Assembly: GCA_033763905.1 (NCBI GenBank)
Contig: JANRJP010000093.1
Span: 1 to 64,000, forward strand
Length of the DNA stretch: 64,000 nt
Direction: 5' to 3'
Source of the DNA: Gemmatimonadaceae bacterium
GTDB taxonomy: Bacteria; Gemmatimonadota; Gemmatimonadetes; Gemmatimonadales; Gemmatimonadaceae
Shown here: one piece after another, positions 57,448 through 64,000 of the stretch
Position numbering within the stretch: the first letter of the stretch is position 1
Layout of the letters: each line of letters starts with the position of its first letter
Notes under the pieces: model-generated
What the model was told of the DNA's origin: nothing
The model's database searches: none
Seen by the model: the letters and a program-made list of their open reading frames with translations, nothing else
Translations under genes and position numbers: made by a program

Positions 57448-57477
57448 CAGAGGGTCTGGAGGACGGTCGGTGACGGC

Positions 57478-58977
57478 TTACGCCGCCGGAGTGCTCCGCC
57501 CGGCCGAGCGCCAGGCGAAGTAGACAGGGACACCGAGCAACACGAGGACCAGGCCCGAGATGGCCTGGGCGCGCGTCTTGTCGGCAATCAGCAGAATCAC
57601 CGCCACGCCGGTCGCGAGGACGATGTACAACGCGGGCAGGAACGGATACCCAATCGCCTTGTACGGGCGCGGCGCGTCGGGGCGCTTCGCCCGCAGGATG
57701 AACAAGCCGATCGTGGTGAGCGCGTAGAATGCCAAGGCGGCGAAGATCACGTAGTCGAGCAGTTGCCCGTAGGTGCCGGTCAGGCACAGCAGCGAGGTCC
57801 AGATGCTCTGGGCGACGAGCGCCCACCCGGGAACGCCATTCGCGTTGAGCGTGCCCGCCTTGGTGAAGAACAGGCGGTCCTTCGCCATTGCCCAGTACAC
57901 GCGCGCGCCCGACAGAATGAGGCCGTTGTTGCACCCGAAGGTGGAAATCAGGATGGCCACCGCCATCACCGTGGCCGCCGAGGCGCCGAACATCGTCTCG
58001 GCGACCGCGACGCCGACGCGATCCTGCGTGGCGTGCGTGATGCCGCGGGCGAAGACATCGGCACCCTCGGCCGTGCCGGCGAAGGGCAGCACATTGAGGT
58101 ACGACAGATTCGTCGCGAGGTAGAGCACCGTAACGAGCCCCGTGCCAAGCACCAGCGCGCGCGGGAGGTTCTTCGCCGGGTCGCGCACTTCGGCGGCCGC
58201 GAAGGTGACGTTGTTCCACGCGTCGCTCGAGAACAACGAGCCGACCAAGGCCGCACCGAACGCCACGATGAACGACGGCCCCAGAGTCGACATATCGCCG
58301 AAGAATCCGGGGCCGAAGTTGAGCGCGATGGCATCGGCGTTGCGACCGAGCGTGAAGCCAAGCAGCAGCAGGAAGGCGAGGGCGCCGGTCTTGGCAATCG
58401 TGAGCGTGGTTTGGACGAACTTGGCTTCCCGCACCCCGCGCAGATTGATGAACGTCAGGATCCAGATCGAGATCAGGGCGACGAGACGCTGCGGGTTGAG
58501 CCCGAGTTCGATCACGCCCCCCGGTGTCTGGACGTCGAGCTGCGGGAACCAGCCGAAGCGTTCTGGGCTGATCGCGGGCCACAGCACGCCGAGGAATCGG
58601 CCGAAGGCGACGCCGACGGCAGCAATGGTCCCGGTCTGGATGACGATGAAAAAGGTCCAGCCGTACAGAAAGCCCATCAGCGGACCCATCGACTCGCGCA
58701 GGAACACGTACTGTCCGCCGGCCTTCGGATACATCGCCGCGAGTTCGCCGTAGGCGAGGGCGCCGAGGAGCGTCATCACCCCGGTGAGCACCCACGCCAT
58801 CAGCAGCATAAAGGGCGAACCGACGGTTCGACCGATGTCGGCCGAGACGATGAAGATGCCGGAGCCGATCATTGAGCCGGCGACCAGCATCGTCGCGTCG
58901 GTCAATGTAAGCGCCTTGACGAAGCCGTCGGCACGCGTGGTACCGTCGGGCGTCTCGGGAGCGGCCGTAGCGGACAT
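57478..58977 (-). CDS. APC-family amino acid permease (LAT-like)
   Basis: GSMIGSGIF, YGELAAMYPKAGGQY, SDAWNN, EVRDPAKNLP, RPYKAIGYP. Start MSATAAPE. Confidence 0.92.
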   Translation of the reverse strand: MSATAAPETPDGTTRADGFVKALTLTDATMLVAGSMIGSGIFIVSADIGRTVGSPFMLLMAWVLTGVMTLLGALAYGELAAMYPKAGGQYVFLRESMGPLMGFLYGWTFFIVIQTGTIAAVGVAFGRFLGVLWPAISPERFGWFPQLDVQTPGGVIELGLNPQRLVALISIWILTFINLRGVREAKFVQTTLTIAKTGALAFLLLLGFTLGRNADAIALNFGPGFFGDMSTLGPSFIVAFGAALVGSLFSSDAWNNVTFAAAEVRDPAKNLPRALVLGTGLVTVLYLATNLSYLNVLPFAGTAEGADVFARGITHATQDRVGVAVAETMFGASAATVMAVAILISTFGCNNGLILSGARVYWAMAKDRLFFTKAGTLNANGVPGWALVAQSIWTSLLCLTGTYGQLLDYVIFAALAFYALTTIGLFILRAKRPDAPRPYKAIGYPFLPALYIVLATGVAVILLIADKTRAQAISGLVLVLLGVPVYFAWRSAGRSTPAA

Positions 58978-59091
58978 TCGGACTCGACAGAGGGATGTGC
59001 TCACGGCACCAGCGCCGCGATGCAATCCGCACAAAGTACCCCTGTGTCACGGCGGTAGCTACGGCGTCACGGCCGTGCCGCCGAAGCCCGG

Positions 59092-59907
59092 TTACGGGGC
59101 TTCTGCCGAGATTACGGCCGTGTCGCGGACCGCCGTCCCGTCGCGCCGCACCGCTGGCCGAAAGCGAATCTCGGACAGCATCTCCCGAATGCGCCGGTTG
59201 TAGCCGCCGTCTCTCGGGGGATTGTACGAGAGCAGCTTGGCGTTCCCGCGTTCGTCGACGTCGAAGTAGGCGACGAGCTTGTACGGCCGGACGTTCGCGG
59301 GGACGGGGATCGGCAGAATGGCCAGGTTGGTCACCACCGGCGGGTCGTGATCGGCGCCATCCCCGCCGGTGCCACTGCCCTGCCCGCTGCCCGCGCCGGT
59401 TCCCTGCCCCGTGCCGGTGCCGCCGCCGGTCCCAGGGCCGTTGCCATTAGTCCCGTCGAGCCCCGAACCGGAACCGCCCGCGCTCGAGGTGGGGGTCTCG
59501 GCCGCGGGCGGAGTGGCAGGGGGCGTCGGGGGCGTAGCCGGCGGCGTCTCGAGGGGCTTGGGCTGTGGCGGTGGCGGCGTCGGCAGCGCCACCTGCGGCT
59601 GCTCGGGGGCTGGGCTTGGTGCAATCTGCACGTAGCGAAGCCGCTCGGCCCCACCCGAGAGCCCGTCCGCACCGCGGCCGCCGCCGCCCCCGCCGCGAGG
59701 GCCACGGGTGCCCGCCGACCGACTGTCGGCGTCGAAGACCTGCGTGAGCAACGCCGGCAGAATCAGCGCGAGAATGATCGCCGAGTGCACGAACACCGAG
59801 ACGATGATGCTGCTGAGCGTGCGCTTTTCCCCCCGTTCGGGGATGCCGATCGGCGGCCGATACGGCCGTCGCGCCTTGGGCAGGTTGGGAGAGGAAAATT
59901 CAGTCAT
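59092..59907 (-). CDS. TonB-like energy transducer (TM anchor, Pro/Gly-rich linker, TonB-C-like domain)
   Basis: TM helix with SVFVH, GxG repeats, C-terminal FDVDERG...RFRPAVRRDGTAVRD resembling TonB_C. Start could be 59919. Confidence 0.65.
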   Translation of the reverse strand: MTEFSSPNLPKARRPYRPPIGIPERGEKRTLSSIIVSVFVHSAIILALILPALLTQVFDADSRSAGTRGPRGGGGGGRGADGLSGGAERLRYVQIAPSPAPEQPQVALPTPPPPQPKPLETPPATPPTPPATPPAAETPTSSAGGSGSGLDGTNGNGPGTGGGTGTGQGTGAGSGQGSGTGGDGADHDPPVVTNLAILPIPVPANVRPYKLVAYFDVDERGNAKLLSYNPPRDGGYNRRIREMLSEIRFRPAVRRDGTAVRDTAVISAEAP

Positions 59908-59985
59908 CGCGGAACCCATACAACGTAGTACGGCGGACGCCCCCGTTTGGGTTCGTCCGCCGCACACCGTTTTGGGCGGAGCCGG

Positions 59986-60408
59986 TCAGTTCGTGGCCGG
60001 ATCCTTCGGGGTGATGCCGATGACCTTCACGCCGGCGCCTCGAGAGGCATCCATCGCGAAAATCACGTCCTGATACGTCACCGCCGGGTCGCCCTTGATG
60101 AAGATGAGCTTGTCCGGACGCGGCTCGAAGATCTCCTTGAGCCGCTTGGTGAGCTGATCGGGGGGCACGTTCTCCTTGTTGACCGAGAACACGCCGCCGG
60201 GCAAGACCTCGAGCACGATCTGAAGCGACGGCTGTCCCGGGGGGGCCGGCGCCGGATTCGGATCGGGGAGCTGCACGTCAATCGCCTTTCGCGCCATCGG
60301 CACCACGATCATGAAAATGATCAGGAGCACGAGGAGCACGTCGATCATCGGCGTGACGTTGATGTCGTTGTTCAGCCCGCCTTCCCCACCGCCTGCAGAC
60401 ATTCCCAT
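59986..60408 (-). CDS. exbD: ExbD/TolR protein
   Basis: DINVTPMIDVLLVLLIIFM, IFIKGD, YQDVIFAMD...GAGV. Confidence 0.9.
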   Translation of the reverse strand: MGMSAGGGEGGLNNDINVTPMIDVLLVLLIIFMIVVPMARKAIDVQLPDPNPAPAPPGQPSLQIVLEVLPGGVFSVNKENVPPDQLTKRLKEIFEPRPDKLIFIKGDPAVTYQDVIFAMDASRGAGVKVIGITPKDPATN

Positions 60409-60411
60409 CGG

Positions 60412-60903
60412 TCACTCCTCCGGCGGCTTGACCGGGGCAGCCCCTTCGGTGCCCGGCGCGTTCTTGTCTCCCGCCACCGAGGACTCGGTGCCGGGCCGCT
60501 GGTCGGAGATCATTCCCGTCATCCGCACGCCCGCCTTGCCGGCAATGTCCAGGGCATCCTGCACCTTACCGTACTCGATCGCGCCGTGCGCCTTCAGGTA
60601 GATGATCTTGTCGACCGTCCGAGCGTCGTAGATCTCCTTGAGCTTGCCCGGCAGCGCTTCCGCGGTGATCTCGCGCTTGTCGAGATACAACGCACCCTTC
60701 GAGTCGATGCCGAGGAGGATTTCGCCGGGCTCTTCCGGACGCGTCTTCAGGTTCACGCCCTGCGGGGGCGTGGCATTGAAGCCCGCGTTGATCGCCGGCA
60801 CCACGATCATGAAGATGATCAGGAGCACCAGCATCACGTCGATCATCGGGGTGACGTTCGGCTCAGCCTTGACGCCACCCCCCGTGCTGACTGCCATACC
60901 CAT
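60412..60903 (-). CDS. exbD: ExbD/TolR protein (second copy)
   Basis: EPNVTPMIDVMLVLLIIFM, IYLKAH, YGKVQDAL...AGV. Confidence 0.9.
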   Translation of the reverse strand: MGMAVSTGGGVKAEPNVTPMIDVMLVLLIIFMIVVPAINAGFNATPPQGVNLKTRPEEPGEILLGIDSKGALYLDKREITAEALPGKLKEIYDARTVDKIIYLKAHGAIEYGKVQDALDIAGKAGVRMTGMISDQRPGTESSVAGDKNAPGTEGAAPVKPPEE

Positions 60904-60936
60904 CGGTTGGTCCCGGTTGGGGTGATGGGAAAGGAC

Positions 60937-61674
60937 TTACTGCGAGACCGGGCCCGAACCCGCGGCCTGCGTGTTGAACTCGCGGGTGAAGCGCGACCGG
61001 CCGAACTCGCCCGAGACGCCCTTGATGAGGTAGTCCACCATTTCCTTGGCGGAGTACGTCATTTCCGCGGCCAGGTTGTCGTTCTTGGTCTGGAAGTAGT
61101 TGTAGGCCCACACCGCCGGAATCGCGACGAGGAGACCGAAGGCGGTCGTGATGAGCGCCTCGGCGACACCGGCCGAGATCGACGCGATACCGCCCGAACC
61201 CGACGCGGCCATGCCCGTGAAGGCGTTGACGATACCCATCGTGGTGCCGAGCAGACCGACGAACGGCGCGGTCGCACCGACCGTCGCGAGCACCGCCAGA
61301 CCGCGCTTGAGCTTGACGAGCGTCATCAGCATCTCACGCTCGATCGCGCGCTCGGTGCTGTTGATGTCGCTGACCGTGACCGAGCCGTCGGTGATGAGGG
61401 GCTTGATCTCTTCGAGCGCGTTGCCGAGCACCGTGGCGACGTGCGACTTCTTGTACTTCTGGGCGAGCGTGATCGCCTCGGTGAGGTTGTCTTCCTCGAG
61501 GAACTGCGAGAACTCCGGAGCGAACTGGATCGTCTCCTTCTGCGCCTGACGGAGCATCCACCACTTCTGGATCATCACCGTGAGCGAATACATCGACATG
61601 ATCGCCATCGTGACCACGATGCCCTTGGCGAACATACCCATCTGGCCCCACAGGTCCATCATATCCATTTCCAT
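60937..61674 (-). CDS. exbB: ExbB/TolQ/MotA proton channel
   Basis: LATVGATAPFVGLLGTTMGIVNAF, GVAEALITTAFGLLVAIPA; GGAGG RBS. Confidence 0.92.
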   Translation of the reverse strand: MEMDMMDLWGQMGMFAKGIVVTMAIMSMYSLTVMIQKWWMLRQAQKETIQFAPEFSQFLEEDNLTEAITLAQKYKKSHVATVLGNALEEIKPLITDGSVTVSDINSTERAIEREMLMTLVKLKRGLAVLATVGATAPFVGLLGTTMGIVNAFTGMAASGSGGIASISAGVAEALITTAFGLLVAIPAVWAYNYFQTKNDNLAAEMTYSAKEMVDYLIKGVSGEFGRSRFTREFNTQAAGSGPVSQ

Positions 61675-61713
61675 AACTGCCTCCTCGAAGAGATCGGTGT
61701 GTCGCGGATGTGA

Positions 61714-62421
61714 TTACTTCTGGATCGCGAAGACGAACGGCTGCTGCACGAGCTGCTTCACCTTGCGCCCGCCGACTTCCGCGGCGATGAAGCGCATATT
61801 CGGCAACGTGTTGCGGACCGTCGCGGCGAAGAGTTCGTGGGTGGTGCGCAAGACCTTGAAGGTGCTCAACTCGGCGCGGCCCATCGTGTCGACGACGAAC
61901 TGCACGAGCGCCTCGCCCTCGACGCCAGCCGAGCGGAGGATGTCGGGATACCGCGGCTGCGCCGACCCGGGGGCCGCCATCGCCGGCTTCTCGACCTGGA
62001 ACTCGAAGAAGGGCTGGTTCGCATCGACCGGGGGACCGTCACCGACACCCTTGCCGGTACCGCCGGCGACACCCTTGCCGGAGAAGTCGCCTTCGTCGAT
62101 GACCTTCTTGGTAAGATCGACGTCGGGAATGACGTCCGGGATCTCGATCGGCGCGGTGAGCACCTGGAAGCCCTTCGGGGGCGTCGGCGCCACGACGACA
62201 TCAGGCGGTGGCGGCTTCGGCTCTTCGGGCTTCGGCTCTTCGGGCTTCGCCTGCTCCACGAACTTCACGTCCTCGACCTTCGGCCCGTCGTCTTCCATCG
62301 CGCCGCGCGCGGTGGCATAGACGGCCGCAACGATCAGGACCGTGTGAAGTACGAAGCTGACGATCGCCCCACCCGTGGACCGCTGCTTCTGCGGCTTGGA
62401 CTCCAACAGGTTATTGAACAA
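61714..62421 (-). CDS. tonB: Energy transducer TonB
   Basis: TTG start with GGAGG RBS; TM SFVLH; KPEE repeats; PRYPDILRSAGVEG...FVVDTMG...GGRKVKQLVQQPFVF TonB_C. Confidence 0.88.
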   Translation of the reverse strand: MFNNLLESKPQKQRSTGGAIVSFVLHTVLIVAAVYATARGAMEDDGPKVEDVKFVEQAKPEEPKPEEPKPPPPDVVVAPTPPKGFQVLTAPIEIPDVIPDVDLTKKVIDEGDFSGKGVAGGTGKGVGDGPPVDANQPFFEFQVEKPAMAAPGSAQPRYPDILRSAGVEGEALVQFVVDTMGRAELSTFKVLRTTHELFAATVRNTLPNMRFIAAEVGGRKVKQLVQQPFVFAIQK

Positions 62422-62508
62422 GGGGCCTCCGGTGTACGGTCTCTTCCTTCGCCTCATTCGAGGCGACGGTAGGTTACGGTCCGTGAATGAATTCCGTATG
62501 GGCCGAAG

Positions 62509-62535
62509 ATTAGGATTCCATTAGCGCCGAATTAG
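62509..62535. promoter_or_regulatory. Three ATTAG direct repeats at 11-bp period upstream of tonB
   Basis: ATTAG at 62509, 62520 and 62531; candidate -10 TAACCT (minus strand) at 62476-62471. Confidence 0.55.
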
Positions 62536-62657
62536 GAGTCGCTAAGGGACCTGCAGTCGGGGGGGCGCCCCCTCCCCGATCGAATTGGTACCCGGAGTGC
62601 AACAGTCAGGGCGCTCCCGCCCGCCCGCGCCAACGTGTGCACCGCGTCGCGCGACCG

Positions 62658-64000
62658 CTACGCGGACGCTTCCTCAGGCGCCAAGGGGAACGTGGCGGTG
62701 AAGATCGAGCCGCGCCCGAGCCGCGACTGCACCGCGAGCGTGCCGGCGTGCGCCTGGGCAATCCACTGCGAGATCGCGAGGCCCAGCCCGGTCCCCGCGC
62801 GCTCACCGCCTCGCGTGCGCGCGCGATCCGCTCGCCAGAACCGATCGAACACATAGGGCAAGTCGGCCGCCGCGATGCCGATGCCGGTGTCCTTCACCGT
62901 GAACGCGATGCCATCGAGTCGGCGCGAGAGCGTCAGCGTCACCGTCCCGCCGCGCGGCGTGTACTTGATCGCGTTCGTGACCAGGTTGAGCATCAGCTGC
63001 CGCATGCGCTGCGCGTCGCCGAGCACGACGCCGTCCTCGATGATCGGCAACTCGACCGTGAGCCCGGCATCTTCCCCGAGAATCAGCGCGGTCTCGTACA
63101 CGTCGCGGACGAGTGCTTCGAGCGGTACCGGCTCGCGCACGAGGTCGAAGCGCCCTTCGTCCGCCCGCGCAAGCGTGAGCAGGCCATCGACGAGATCCGC
63201 CATTCGCGCACTCTCGGCCAGCGCCTCCTCGAGCGGCACGAGCTGCTCCGCCGGTGCGCCGGACACGGACATCGCGCGTTCGATATCGGCGCGCAAGACG
63301 GTGAGCGGCGTCTTGAGCTCGTGGCTCGCATCGGCGGTGAAGCGTCGCAGCGCGGCGAACGACGTTTCGAGCCGCTCGATCATCTGATTGAGCGTCACCG
63401 ACAGCCGCGCGAGCTCATCTTCGGCGGGATCGGTCCCATCGGGCACGTGCAGACGCCGATGCAGTGATCGGCCGTCGGTGATCGCTTCGGCGTCGGCGCG
63501 GAGACGTTCGATCGGTGCGAGCGTGCGTCCGGTCATCAGCCAGGCCGCAAACGCCGCGATGAGCAGCACGATCGGCACCAGCAGGATGATCGGCCGCAGC
63601 AACTCCGGCGGGAACAGATCGAGTGGGCGCGTGGATGCCCCCGCGACGACGCGCCGCGATTGCCCGTTACCCGATCGTGGCACTTCGCGGGCCACGATCA
63701 GCAGCTGCTCGTCGGACAGGCGGACCTTCACGGCCGGCCGCGTCTCGGAGAGGGCCAGCGACGCCTGCAGCAGCTGCGCCAGGTCGTCCTGTCCGAGCTG
63801 GCGCACCGCAAAACTGGCGTAGCGGGCGCGACCCGAATCGTCGAGCACCACCAGCCAGCCGGGAAAGCCTTCGAGCGTGCTGCGCAGGAGCGCGACCGCC
63901 GAGGCGCGCACGGTGTCGCCGTCGGCGGGCAACTCGTTGGCCTTGCCGATGAGCCGGACCGCGAGGTCGGCTTCGTCGAGTACCTGTCGCTGCAGGGCGA
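62658..64000 (-). CDS. Sensor histidine kinase (HAMP-HisKA-HATPase), 5' end beyond window
   Basis: TM helix then HAMP, RRFTADASHELKTPL H-box, NLVTNAIKYT, DTGIGI, FDRFWR, GTGLGL; frame stays open to 64000. Confidence 0.93.
   Translation of the reverse strand, partial: ALQRQVLDEADLAVRLIGKANELPADGDTVRASAVALLRSTLEGFPGWLVVLDDSGRARYASFAVRQLGQDDLAQLLQASLALSETRPAVKVRLSDEQLLIVAREVPRSGNGQSRRVVAGASTRPLDLFPPELLRPIILLVPIVLLIAAFAAWLMTGRTLAPIERLRADAEAITDGRSLHRRLHVPDGTDPAEDELARLSVTLNQMIERLETSFAALRRFTADASHELKTPLTVLRADIERAMSVSGAPAEQLVPLEEALAESARMADLVDGLLTLARADEGRFDLVREPVPLEALVRDVYETALILGEDAGLTVELPIIEDGVVLGDAQRMRQLMLNLVTNAIKYTPRGGTVTLTLSRRLDGIAFTVKDTGIGIAAADLPYVFDRFWRADRARTRGGERAGTGLGLAISQWIAQAHAGTLAVQSRLGRGSIFTATFPLAPEEASA

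Noticed and set aside
62213..62250. Short repeat GGCTTCGGCTCTTCG in tonB
   Set aside because: Encodes the ordinary KPEE/Pro-rich TonB linker.

Overview
A 64-kb, very GC-rich stretch of core bacterial chromosome from a diderm organism. Gene content and protein style suggest Gemmatimonadota (inference, no database search run). Almost all genes lie on the minus strand in tightly coupled operons. Read in transcription direction (right to left): an OmpR-type sensor kinase (5'-truncated); a tonB-exbB-exbD-exbD-tonB-like motor cluster; amino-acid permeases around a K+-independent H+-pyrophosphatase; a divergent iscA/erpA-SSS transporter-GlcNAc kinase unit; namZ-PI(P) synthase-ino1 running into a 2-oxoacid dehydrogenase E1a/E1b/E2 operon; a block of poorly characterised genes (PHP protein, atypical SDR, Cys-rich Rossmann protein with a 12-bp tandem repeat, trxB, MBL hydrolase, DUF4149-like, Rrf2); tRNA-Leu(CAG); smpB-amidase-pyrD-pyrF; a stand-alone alpha operon (rpmJ-rpsM-rpsK-rpsD-rpoA-rplQ-rpmB); carB; a WbpD/B/E/A-ugd-uxs nucleotide-sugar cluster; bamD-nadD-secA; radC; relA/spoT; uvrB-tsaE-tsaB-rimI-ssb; a LysM protein; and an epimerase-tolQRAB-pal-cpoB operon. 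I saw no mobile element, prophage, CRISPR array or recognisable defence system. The best candidates for undescribed biology are (1) the receptor-less double-ExbD/double-TonB motor with 11-bp-phased ATTAG boxes upstream, (2) the His-for-Tyr SDR coupled to a Cys/His-rich Rossmann protein upstream of trxB, (3) an inositol-phospholipid operon, and (4) recurrent leaderless promoters and structured RNA elements in the alpha operon. Many start codons were re-picked by eye, downstream of the ORF-track starts.
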